In this document: positions 38,988 through 47,802 of the stretch, piece by piece | How the letters are laid out: every line of letters begins with the position of its first letter | How positions within the stretch are numbered: position 1 is the stretch's first letter | Assembly (NCBI GenBank): GCA_964291265.2 | Contig: OZ219747.1 | Location: forward strand, 32,001 to 96,000 | Reading direction: 5' to 3' | Source of the DNA: Alphaproteobacteria bacterium | GTDB taxonomy: Bacteria > Pseudomonadota > Alphaproteobacteria > SP197 | Length of the DNA: 64,000 bases | Made by a program: the position numbers and the translations under genes | Notes under the pieces: model-generated | Told to the model about the DNA's origin: nothing | What the model saw: the letters and a program-made list of their open reading frames with translations, nothing else | Database searches by the model: none

Positions 38988-39769
38988 ACTTCTCGGGCCG
39001 GCATGTGGTGATCACCGGCGCCGCCGGCGGTATCGGCAGGGCTCTTTGCCAACGATTTTCGCGGGATGGCGCGGCCCTTGGCCTCGTTGACCGGCGAGAC
39101 CACGTGATGGCGGTCGAAGAGGAACTGACCGGCCATGGCGTGTCCTGTGCCGCTGCGGTCGCGGATATCGCCAATTGCGGCACCGTGGTGCGCGCCTTCG
39201 AGACACTGCGTTCACGACTCGGTCCGGTGGACATCCTGATCAACAATGCCGGTTTCACCTACCGTTCGACCGTGTCCGCCACGTCGTCCGACGACTGGAG
39301 CGACCATGTTGCCGGCAATCTTGATGGCGCCTTTCACTGCTCGCGGATTGCCCTCGAGGACATGACCGGACGGACCGGCGGCACCATCATCATGGTCTCT
39401 TCGGTCAACGGGCTGTCGGCACTCGGCGATCCTGCCTACAGCGCCGCCAAGGCCGGACTGCTGTCGCTCACGCGGTCCCTCGCCCAGGAGTACGGTCCCC
39501 TGGGCATCCGCGTGAACGCGGTCCTCCCCGGCACGGTGCGAACACCGATCTGGGACGAGCGGGTCCGGCGGAACGCCGCAGTCCTTGCGCGCCTGGAACG
39601 CTGGTATCCGCTGGGGCGCATCGTGGAGCCGGACGAAGTTGCGGCCGTGGTCGCCTTTCTCGCGTCACCGGAGGCAAGCGCCATCACCGGCGCAGCCATT
39701 CCGGTTGACTGCGGGCTCAGCGCGGGCAACCGGGTCATGGCGCAGGAACTCGTCCTGGAGGAGTTCTGA
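38984..39769 (+). CDS. SDR family oxidoreductase
   Basis: TGAAGGIG, INNAG, YSAAK, VNAVLPG. Confidence 0.95.
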   Translation: MNFSGRHVVITGAAGGIGRALCQRFSRDGAALGLVDRRDHVMAVEEELTGHGVSCAAAVADIANCGTVVRAFETLRSRLGPVDILINNAGFTYRSTVSATSSDDWSDHVAGNLDGAFHCSRIALEDMTGRTGGTIIMVSSVNGLSALGDPAYSAAKAGLLSLTRSLAQEYGPLGIRVNAVLPGTVRTPIWDERVRRNAAVLARLERWYPLGRIVEPDEVAAVVAFLASPEASAITGAAIPVDCGLSAGNRVMAQELVLEEF

Positions 39770-39815
39770 ACACACGCCGGCGGATAGCTCGCCGGGAACA
39801 GTCAGGGAGAATCTC

Positions 39816-40859
39816 ATGACAAGGAAGGTGCTGGTAGCAGGATTGGGCAACATGGGCATGAGCCATGCTCTCGCCTACACGCGGATCGACGGCTTCGAGG
39901 TGGTGGGGGTCTGCGCCAGGCGCATCGCGTCGATGGAGCTTCCCGATGCCCTCGCGGGCGCCCGGAGGTTTGCCGATTTCGACACCGCGCTTCGCGAGCT
40001 GAAACCCGATGTCGTTTCCGTCAACACCCTGCCCGACACCCATGGACCGTTTGCCATGCGGGCCATGGAGAGCGGGGCCCATGTCTTCGTCGAAAAGCCG
40101 CTCGCCGAGAGCGCCGACATGGCGGCAGAGGTCGTGGCCACGGCGAGGCGCACGGGTTGCAAGCTCGTCGTGGGGTACATCCTCAGGCAACACCCGTCCT
40201 GGGTTCGCTTCATCGAAATCGCCCGCCAGCTTGGAACGCCGCTGGTATTCCGCATGAACCTCAACCAGCAATCGAACGCCGAGACCTGGGACTGGCACAA
40301 GAGGCTCATGCAGAGCTTCCCTCCCATCGTCGATTGCGGTGTGCATTACGTTGATGTCATGTGCCAGATGACCCGTGCGCGACCGACCAGCGTGCACGCC
40401 ATCGGCGCCAGGCTCACCGATGAGGTGGCCGTCAACAACTACGGCATGCTCCAGGTCACCTTCGAGGATGGATCGGTCGGCTGGTACGAGGCAGGCTGGG
40501 GCCCGATGATGAGCGAAACCGCGTTTTTCGTGAAGGATGTCGTCGGGCCCAAGGGCTCGGTGTCGATCGTCATGGCCGAGACCTCGGGGGATGTCCGCTC
40601 CGATGACATCAACGCCCATACGCGAACCAACCAGATCCTCGTGCACCATGCCGATCTCTCGAAAGCCGACGAGCGGATCGACATGGCGGACGAACCCGAT
40701 CATGACGAACTGTGCGAACGCGAACAGCGCTTCCTCCTGGATGCCATCGAGCGGGATGTCGATCTTTGCGATCACATGGATGATGCGGTCACGAGCCTGC
40801 GCATCGTGTCGGCCGCCGACCGCTCGATACACGAAGGGCGGGTGATACCGCTCACATGA
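39816..40859 (+). CDS. Gfo/Idh/MocA family oxidoreductase
   Basis: GLGNMG, HVFVEKPLA, DCGVHYVD. Confidence 0.93.
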   Translation: MTRKVLVAGLGNMGMSHALAYTRIDGFEVVGVCARRIASMELPDALAGARRFADFDTALRELKPDVVSVNTLPDTHGPFAMRAMESGAHVFVEKPLAESADMAAEVVATARRTGCKLVVGYILRQHPSWVRFIEIARQLGTPLVFRMNLNQQSNAETWDWHKRLMQSFPPIVDCGVHYVDVMCQMTRARPTSVHAIGARLTDEVAVNNYGMLQVTFEDGSVGWYEAGWGPMMSETAFFVKDVVGPKGSVSIVMAETSGDVRSDDINAHTRTNQILVHHADLSKADERIDMADEPDHDELCEREQRFLLDAIERDVDLCDHMDDAVTSLRIVSAADRSIHEGRVIPLT

Positions 40860-40881
40860 CGACGGGCCTGGATCCAAGTCC

Positions 40882-42663
40882 ATGAGCGATCCCGCCACGA
40901 TCTGGCTTGAGAAGTTCAACGGCGCACTGAGCCGGGGAGAGCGACGAGTCATCACCGAACTCTTTGGCGAGGAATGCTACTGGCGCGATCTTCTCGCCTT
41001 CACGTGGAACATCCGAACCATGCATGGCCGGGGCGAAATCCGCGTCATGCTGGAGACAACGCTCGACCGCCTGCAGCCCATCCACTTCACCCTCGCCGAG
41101 CCGCCGGTCGAGGTCGACGACATGGTGGAAGCCATACTCGCCTTCAAAACCGCCACGGCCCGAGGCACGGCGCACCTGCGCCTGAGGAATGGTGCCGCCT
41201 TCACACTGCTCACGATGATGGAATCGCTCATCGGACACGAGGAGCACGCGGGACCGCGACGCCCCCGGGGTGTCGTTCACGGGGCTGTGGCGCACCGCCG
41301 GACCTGGGCGGAGGACCGACAGCGGCATGCCCGTGACTTCGGTGTCGAAACACAACCCCATGTCGTCATCGTCGGCGGAGGCCAGGGAGGCCTGGCGCTT
41401 GGCGCCCGCCTGAAACGCCTGGGTGTGCCGAACCTGATCATCGAACGCCGGACCAGGCCGGGCGATTCCTGGCGCAGCCGCTACCGGACCCTGGTGCTTC
41501 ACGATCCTGTCTGGTACGACCACCTGCCCTACCTGCCGTTCCCCGACGACTGGCCCGTGTTCACGCCGAAGGACAAGATGGGGGATTGGCTGGAGGCGTA
41601 CGCCACGGTCATGGAACTCGACTTCCGGGGTTCGACGACATGCCTTGGCGCCCGCTTCGACGACGCCTCGCGCGAGTGGTCGGTCGACGTGGAGTGCCGG
41701 GGACAGCCTGTGACCCTTCGCCCCCGACACCTCGTGCTGGCAACAGGCGCCTACGGACCACCGCACATTCCCGAGATCGACGGCGCCCGCCGCTTCGCCG
41801 GAACGATCATGCATTCAAGCGATTACCAGAGCGGCGAGGCATGGTCGGACAAGCGGTGCGTGGTGATCGGATCGAACACGTCCGCCCACGACATCTGCGT
41901 CGATCTCTGGGAGTGCGGCGCCAGCGACATCACCATGGTGCAGCGCTCGTCAACGCTGGTGGTGCGCTCCGAGACCCTGATGGACATCGGGTTCGGCGCA
42001 CTCTACTCCGAAGAGGCTCTGGCGCGTGGCATCACCACGGAACGCGCCGATCTCGAGTTTGCGTCGGTGCCGTTTGCCCTGATGGCCGAGCGCGGCAGGA
42101 AGGCGACGCGGCTCATGGAAGAGCGCGACGCCGACCTCCTTCACCGTCTGGACATGGCCGGGTTCAGGCGTGATTCCGGCGTCGACGGAAGCGGCCTCAT
42201 GATGAAGGCCTTCCGCACGGGCAGTGGCTACTACATCGATGTCGGCGGTTCGGAACTCATCGCCGACGGCCGCGTGGGAATCAGGAGCGGTGTCGAGCCG
42301 ACGGGTTTCAGTGCCGACGCCGTCGCGCTCTCCGACGGTTCCTCGCTCAGGGCCGATCTCGTGGTCCTCGCCACGGGATACCACACCGTCCAGGAGACGA
42401 TTTCCGGGCTTCTCGGCGCAGAGACGGCCGCAAGGATCGGTCATTGCTGGGGCTACGGTTCGGGAACGCCGGGCGATCCCGGACCTTGGGAAGGCGAAAT
42501 GCGCAACCTGTGGAAGCCGCTGGCCCAGGAAGCGCTCTGGATCCATGGCGGCAACCTGCACCTCTCGCGGTTCTATTCCAGGATCCTCGCCCTTCAGATC
42601 AAGGCGCGCATGGAAGGCGTCCCGACCCCGGTCTTCGGAGAACCTTCCAACTCGGCCCGCTGA
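40882..42663 (+). CDS. Flavin-containing monooxygenase with N-terminal SnoaL-like domain
   Basis: YWRDLLAFTWN, GGGQGG, GDSWRSRY, MHSSDY, IGSNTSAHD, LATGY. Confidence 0.92.
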   Translation: MSDPATIWLEKFNGALSRGERRVITELFGEECYWRDLLAFTWNIRTMHGRGEIRVMLETTLDRLQPIHFTLAEPPVEVDDMVEAILAFKTATARGTAHLRLRNGAAFTLLTMMESLIGHEEHAGPRRPRGVVHGAVAHRRTWAEDRQRHARDFGVETQPHVVIVGGGQGGLALGARLKRLGVPNLIIERRTRPGDSWRSRYRTLVLHDPVWYDHLPYLPFPDDWPVFTPKDKMGDWLEAYATVMELDFRGSTTCLGARFDDASREWSVDVECRGQPVTLRPRHLVLATGAYGPPHIPEIDGARRFAGTIMHSSDYQSGEAWSDKRCVVIGSNTSAHDICVDLWECGASDITMVQRSSTLVVRSETLMDIGFGALYSEEALARGITTERADLEFASVPFALMAERGRKATRLMEERDADLLHRLDMAGFRRDSGVDGSGLMMKAFRTGSGYYIDVGGSELIADGRVGIRSGVEPTGFSADAVALSDGSSLRADLVVLATGYHTVQETISGLLGAETAARIGHCWGYGSGTPGDPGPWEGEMRNLWKPLAQEALWIHGGNLHLSRFYSRILALQIKARMEGVPTPVFGEPSNSAR

Positions 42664-42731
42664 TGTTGATGGCTGCATAGAACGGCGGGATTTCGGCGAT
42701 TTGCCGCGCTTTGTCAGGGTCGTGTTTCTTC

Positions 42732-42824
42732 CCTGTTGTCAGGTCCTATTGTCACGTCCTGTTGTCGTGGTTTGAGTGTTCGGCTGGTTGTCTCCCCGAG
42801 CGCCGCCGTCTTTTCCTATTGTCG
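42732..42824 (+). repeat. CCTRTTGTC subterminal repeats, three at 13-bp spacing plus a fourth
   Basis: CCTGTTGTCA 42732, CCTATTGTCA 42745, CCTGTTGTCG 42758, CCTATTGTCG 42815. Confidence 0.85.
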
Positions 42825-43087
42825 TTTTGGTCCGGTTCGGGTTCCGTCGACCTCTGCTTCGGTCTTGGTGACGGTTGCCGGGAGGGTTCCGGTTCCGAGG
42901 CACTCGCGGGATCGTCTGTCTTCCCTGTGGGCGGGTCGCGTTGTCCGGTCCCGGGGCGGCGTCTTTGCCGCCGCCCCGGGTGGATGCTAGATCGGCATCA
43001 AGAGAAAGAGCGATGCGATGCCGGGCGGAGTTGTGACGCCCCCCGGCGCAGCACCCGGACGAGCCGGTCACGGGGGACCGAACTCCC

Positions 43088-43618
43088 GTGTATTGTCGAG
43101 CCATTTTGCGTCCGGGTCCACCCCCGCTCTCGAGACGGACGGTGTGCACGACAGGACGACTGTTCAACTGCAGGCGGTGTCAGCGGCAGGTTGTTCTCTG
43201 CCGGTCGTGTGACCGGGGGCATGTGTATTGCTCCAAGGAGTGCAGGGAGCGGTCCCGGATCGAGCGGCGCCGCGCGTCGCGTCGTCGCTACCAGAGCACG
43301 CTGAAGGGCCGTGAGACGGGCCGTCACCGCCAGCGGCGTTACCGGCTCCGCAAGGCGGAGGAGGCGCGTGCGTTGAAGGCCAGGGCGGCGATGCTTGCCG
43401 AGATCATGGGCACGCAGACGTCTGCTGTGGTGCTGCTTGGCGACGTTCCGGCGGTGTCTGGAGACGCCGGTTCTGAAGAAATCGTTACGGACCACCCTTC
43501 CCGACTGCTGCCGACCTCCCTACCTGCGGTTGTGAAGGCGCAAGAGCGACGCGAATCGCCGCTTCGGTGCGCCAGATGCGGACGGGTCGTGACGCATGTG
43601 GTGCTGAGGGACCCGTGA
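43088..43618 (+). CDS. Cys-rich (Zn-finger) basic protein upstream of istA
   Basis: CRRCQRQVVLCRSCDRGHVYCSKEC...RRRYQST...RQRRYR...CARCGR; start uncertain. Confidence 0.65.
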   Translation: MYCRAILRPGPPPLSRRTVCTTGRLFNCRRCQRQVVLCRSCDRGHVYCSKECRERSRIERRRASRRRYQSTLKGRETGRHRQRRYRLRKAEEARALKARAAMLAEIMGTQTSAVVLLGDVPAVSGDAGSEEIVTDHPSRLLPTSLPAVVKAQERRESPLRCARCGRVVTHVVLRDP

Positions 43619-43650
43619 TGCGGCGTTGAGGAACCAAAGGGAGGGAGTTC

Positions 43651-45144
43651 ATGGCGATCGACGAGGACACGCGGGCGACGATCGTGCGGCTGTCGCGGGC
43701 CGAGGGCTGGGCTGTGGGGACGATTGCCCGGCATCTCGGCGTGCACCACGGCACGGTGACGCGGGCGCTCAAGGCGTCGGGGCAGGAGCGGCGGCCGCGG
43801 GCCAAGCTCATCGACCCCTTCGTTGCCTTCCTCGGGGAGCGTCTTGAGGCGTCGCCGGACCTTCCGGCCAGCACGCTCTGGCGACAGGTCGTGGCTCTGG
43901 GCTACCGCGGCGGCGAGGATCACTTCCGTCACGACCTGCGCCGCCTTGGGCTGAGGCCGGTGAAGAGGCCCGAGCCGTCGCTGCGGCTGAGCTTCCTTCC
44001 GGGCGAGCAGGCGCAGGTTGACTGGGCCGAGTTCGGGAAGGTCCGCATCGGCCGGGCGGAGCGCAGGCTCATGGGGCTTCTCGTCACCCTCAGCTACTCG
44101 CGCCAGACTGTCCTGAGCCTGTTCCACGACGCGCGGATGGCCAGCTTCCTGCAAGGCCATGTCGAGGCTTTCGCGGCATTCGGGGGTGTGCCGCGGAGGC
44201 TTCTGTACGACAACCTGAAGAGTGCCGTGGTGACGCGCCGCGGCAAGGCGGTCACCTATCATCCGATGCTGCTCGGCCTCGCGGCCCACTATGCCTTCGA
44301 ACCGAGCGCCGCCTGGCCCAGGAGCCCGCAGGAGAAGGGCCGCGTGGAACGCCGTGTGCGCTTCGCGCGCACCGGGTTCTTCGCCGGGCACGACATCACG
44401 GTCCCGCTCGGCGAGCTCAACGCCGCGGTTCGGGAGTGGTGCTTCGGCGCCGCCGCGGAGCGGCCCTGGCCGGACGACGACAGTCTCCTGGTGCGGGACG
44501 CCTTCGCCCGGGAGAGGGAGCACCTGATCGTCCTTCCCGCCGATCCCTTCCCGCATCACGAGGTCCGCCCGGTGCGCATCGACAAGACCTGCCACGCCCG
44601 CTTCGACACCAACGACTACAGCGTTCCGGGTAGCTTCTCCAAGGCCCTGCTGACGCTGGTCGCCGACCGCGACGAGGTCCGCATCCTCGACGGCGCCGAC
44701 GAGGTCGCGCGCCACCGACGCTCCTACGACAGGAAGCAGGCCGTCACCGATCCGGAGCATGCCAGGGCGATCGCCGCGGGCAAGCGGCGGGCCCGCTCCA
44801 TGAGCGTCCGCGACCGGGTCCTGCGCACCGTGCCGCGGGCCGAGGAGATGCTGGCGCGCGCCGGGACCAACGGGCGCAACGTGGCCTCCTGCGCCCGGAT
44901 GCTGGAGACGCTTCTCAACGCGCACGGCGCCGACGCTCTCGACCGGGCTGTCGCCACGGCGCTGGAGCGCGGCTCGTGCCACCCCGAAACCGTGCGCGTC
45001 ATCATCGAGGAGCGCCGCCGGGAGCAGGGCCTGCCGCCCCTCAGCATCGCCGACGACGGCCGCGGCGGCCGTGGCACGACGCCGCGGGGGACCGCTCTCG
45101 ACGCCTACGACAGGCCCGAAGCCAGCGCCAGGAACAAGACATGA
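43651..45144 (+). CDS. istA: IS21 family transposase IstA
   Basis: IARHLGVHHGTVTR, PGEQAQVDWAEF, FGGVPRRLLYDNLKSAV, EKGRVERRV; GGGAG RBS. Confidence 0.95.
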   Translation: MAIDEDTRATIVRLSRAEGWAVGTIARHLGVHHGTVTRALKASGQERRPRAKLIDPFVAFLGERLEASPDLPASTLWRQVVALGYRGGEDHFRHDLRRLGLRPVKRPEPSLRLSFLPGEQAQVDWAEFGKVRIGRAERRLMGLLVTLSYSRQTVLSLFHDARMASFLQGHVEAFAAFGGVPRRLLYDNLKSAVVTRRGKAVTYHPMLLGLAAHYAFEPSAAWPRSPQEKGRVERRVRFARTGFFAGHDITVPLGELNAAVREWCFGAAAERPWPDDDSLLVRDAFAREREHLIVLPADPFPHHEVRPVRIDKTCHARFDTNDYSVPGSFSKALLTLVADRDEVRILDGADEVARHRRSYDRKQAVTDPEHARAIAAGKRRARSMSVRDRVLRTVPRAEEMLARAGTNGRNVASCARMLETLLNAHGADALDRAVATALERGSCHPETVRVIIEERRREQGLPPLSIADDGRGGRGTTPRGTALDAYDRPEASARNKT

Positions 45145-45842
45145 GCGAGCTCAGGGAGCGTGCCCGGGCGCTCGGCCTCCACGGGCTCGTCGAACGCTGG
45201 GACGAGGTCGCCGGGACCGCATGGATCGAGGAGGTGGTCAGCGGCGAGGAACAGGCCCGCAGGGCCCGCAGCCACGAGCGCCGCCGCGCCGCGGCGCGGC
45301 TGCCCGCCTTCAAGCCCCTGGCGGACTTCGACTGGACATGGCCGCGCGACATCAGCCGGGCTCATGTCGAAGCGCTCCTCGGCCTCGGCTTCGTCGACCG
45401 TGCGGACAACGCCGTGCTCGTCGGCGGGCAGGGCACCGGAAAGACCATGATCGCCGCCAACGTGGCGCACCAGGCCCTGCTGCACGGCCACACCGTCCGC
45501 TTCGAGAAGGCGCCGGAACTGCTCGAGGCACTCGCCGAGACCGTCTCGCGCAGCGAGCTGCGCCGCCGCCTCGCGATCCTCGCCAGGCCCCGCCTGCTCA
45601 TCCTCGACGAAATCGGCTACGTGACCCTCGAAAGCCACCATGCCGACATCCTCTACGCCATCGTCTCGCGGCGCTATCAGCGCCGCTCGACCATGGTCAC
45701 GACAAGCCTCGCCTTCGCCCAGTGGGACCGCGTCTTCCCCAGCGCCTCCGGCATCGCCGGCACCGTCGACCGGCTCATGCACGACGCAACCCTCATCTCC
45801 ATCGACAGCGACTCCTGGCGGCTCAGGCGTGAAACCCGATAA
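45141..45842 (+). CDS. istB: IS21 helper ATPase IstB
   Basis: LADFDWTWP, GGQGTGKT, LLILDEIGY, VDRLMH, SWR. Confidence 0.93.
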   Translation: MSELRERARALGLHGLVERWDEVAGTAWIEEVVSGEEQARRARSHERRRAAARLPAFKPLADFDWTWPRDISRAHVEALLGLGFVDRADNAVLVGGQGTGKTMIAANVAHQALLHGHTVRFEKAPELLEALAETVSRSELRRRLAILARPRLLILDEIGYVTLESHHADILYAIVSRRYQRRSTMVTTSLAFAQWDRVFPSASGIAGTVDRLMHDATLISIDSDSWRLRRETR

Positions 45843-46722
45843 ACCCCGCCGCGTCGACTTCGACGCCGTCAAGCGCATGCCGTTCGAACGCATCGCCGCC
45901 GACTGGGGATACGTCCGCGACGAACAGGCCTCGACACGCGCCAACCCCGTCCTGTGCGCACCCGGCCTGCCGAAGCTCGTCACGAAGTGCCTCAACAACG
46001 GACACTGGGTCTACTTCAACACCCAGAACGATGAAGACAACGGAACCGTCATCGACTTCATGCTCAACCGCGGACTGGCCTTCGCCGACATCTGCACCCG
46101 CTTCGCAGCACCCGACGCCGCGCCACGCGACTTCCGCAGCCTCTGGGCCGCGGCAACGCCCGATGCGGCCCCGGACTGGCTCACCGGGCGCGGCATCCTC
46201 CCGGAGACCCTCGACACCTGCCGCCCCCTGGTCCGCCGCGACCACAACGGACGCGTCCTCTTCGCCCATCGCAACAGGAAGCGAAAGCTCACCGGCTTCG
46301 AGATCGGTCCCCCCGACGGACCGAAACGCTTCGCCACCGGTGGAACCCGAAGCCTGTTCGCCGTCCGCGCCGGAACCGCCGCGGACCTCGAGGCCCTCGT
46401 CATCACCGAAAGCGCCGTCGACGCCCTCAGCCTGGCCCAGATCGACCAATGTCCCCCCAGCCACGCCTTCCTCTCCACCGCCGGGGCACCCTCGCGAAGA
46501 CAGCACGAACAGATCAGCCTCGCCGCAAGCAGCCTGCCCAACGTCAGGACCATCGTCCTCGCCCAGGACCACGACGAGGCCGGAGAGCGACAGGCCGAAA
46601 CCCTGCGCAAAAAGATGAAGCTCCCCTCCCACGTCTCGTTCCACAGACGCAGACCGCCGGAAAACGCCGACTGGAACGACGTCGTCAACGCCAGGACCAA
46701 AGAACCACAAGCGAGATCATGA
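45829..46722 (+). CDS. DUF3991/Toprim primase-like protein
   Basis: GHWVYFN...DNGTVIDF; WLTGRGI; LVITESAVDALS, LSTAG, AQDHDEAGE, ADWNDVV. Confidence 0.82.
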   Translation: MKPDKPRRVDFDAVKRMPFERIAADWGYVRDEQASTRANPVLCAPGLPKLVTKCLNNGHWVYFNTQNDEDNGTVIDFMLNRGLAFADICTRFAAPDAAPRDFRSLWAAATPDAAPDWLTGRGILPETLDTCRPLVRRDHNGRVLFAHRNRKRKLTGFEIGPPDGPKRFATGGTRSLFAVRAGTAADLEALVITESAVDALSLAQIDQCPPSHAFLSTAGAPSRRQHEQISLAASSLPNVRTIVLAQDHDEAGERQAETLRKKMKLPSHVSFHRRRPPENADWNDVVNARTKEPQARS

Positions 46723-47039
46723 CCACGTCCGTCACAAGGAGACCACTCATGCCCCTCACGCCCGCCGAAAAGCAGCGGCGATACCGGGAACGGCGCAAGG
46801 CCGGCATCCCTCCCGTCCACACCCCAAAGCACCGTGACCGGCGCTCGCGACCGCAACGCTGGAACGACGCCGTGGCCGAACTGCGCGCCCTGCAGGACGA
46901 ATGGCGTGACCACCTCGACAGCATCCCCGAAAGCCTCCGTGACACGCCTTACGGAGAACGCCTGCAGAGCGTCGCCGATGCCGACATCGAGGCCCTCGAG
47001 GACATCGAACCGCCACGCGGCTACGGAAGGGATACGTGA
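46719..47039 (+). CDS. Small hypothetical protein
   Basis: MPLTPAEKQRRYRERRK...RSRPQRWNDAVAELRALQDEW...PPRGYGRD; ATGA overlap with primase stop. Confidence 0.7.
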   Translation: MTTSVTRRPLMPLTPAEKQRRYRERRKAGIPPVHTPKHRDRRSRPQRWNDAVAELRALQDEWRDHLDSIPESLRDTPYGERLQSVADADIEALEDIEPPRGYGRDT

Positions 47040-47144
47040 TCCCGCAAGACCCTTGAACGCGGTCACGCGTTACCATCCAGGAATGAGAACGTCTCACCCC
47101 GACGCGCTTCTCAGCCTCCCCGGGAAACCCCCGGGCCGTCCAAA

Positions 47145-47480
47145 CGACACCGCATCACGAGACTGCCGCAGCCTCTGAGCCGCAGAAACGCCCGATCCGC
47201 CGCCGGGCTGGCTCACAGGTCGCAGCATCCGCCCGAAAACACTCAACGCCTGCCGCACCCTGCGCCGCCGCAACCGCAACGCACACAGCCTCTTCGCCCA
47301 GCGCAACAGAAACCGTAAGCTCTCCAGCCTCAAGATCGTCCCGCCCGACGAACCACGACGAGGCCGGAAAACGCCAGAACGAGACCACGCGCAAAGATTC
47401 TGAAGCTCCCCTCCCACATCACATTCCACAAACGCCGAACGCCAGAAAACGCCGACTGGAACGACATCGTCAACGTCAAT
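47145..47480 (+). pseudogene. Internally deleted degenerate duplicate of the element B primase gene
   Basis: Aligns by eye to ~46113-46322 joined to ~46567-46692; contains TGG>TGA stop. Confidence 0.85.
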
Positions 47481-47802
47481 GCAAGACCAATGGGATCCAA
47501 CAATAGGCAGAAAACAAAGACCGGGCGGACCTTCGTCCAATGCCGCACGTTCTCCTACCGTGGTCACCCACTCACACGATCAGCGCCCAAAAGAGCGGTT
47601 CTCCGCCAATATCCCGCCGTTCTAAATCGCCGCCGACAGCTGATCGAAGCATCCCGGCTTCGCCGGCCCCATCCGGCCCTTCCGTCCCGAGGGGCACGGG
47701 GAATCTCGTGCCGGCTGCTTCCCGTGTGGGGATGCGCGGTCCGGCCTCACCACATCCCTTGACCGTCGAGGCCCGGGTGAGATGCCTCCCCGGTACCGGA
47801 AG

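Larger units (their letters stand above)
42664..47638 (+). mobile_element. Element B: IS21-family element (4975 bp) with passenger genes including a Toprim primase-like gene
   Basis: ~49-bp imperfect TIRs TGTTGATGGCTGCATAGAACGGCGGGATTTCGGCG / TGTCGGCGGCGATTTAGAACGGCGGGATATTGGCG; 5-bp TSD GCTGA at 42659-42663 and 47639-47643. Confidence 0.93.

Noticed and set aside
42732-42824. Short repeats as a mini-CRISPR
   Set aside because: Units are only 9-10 bp with 3-bp gaps
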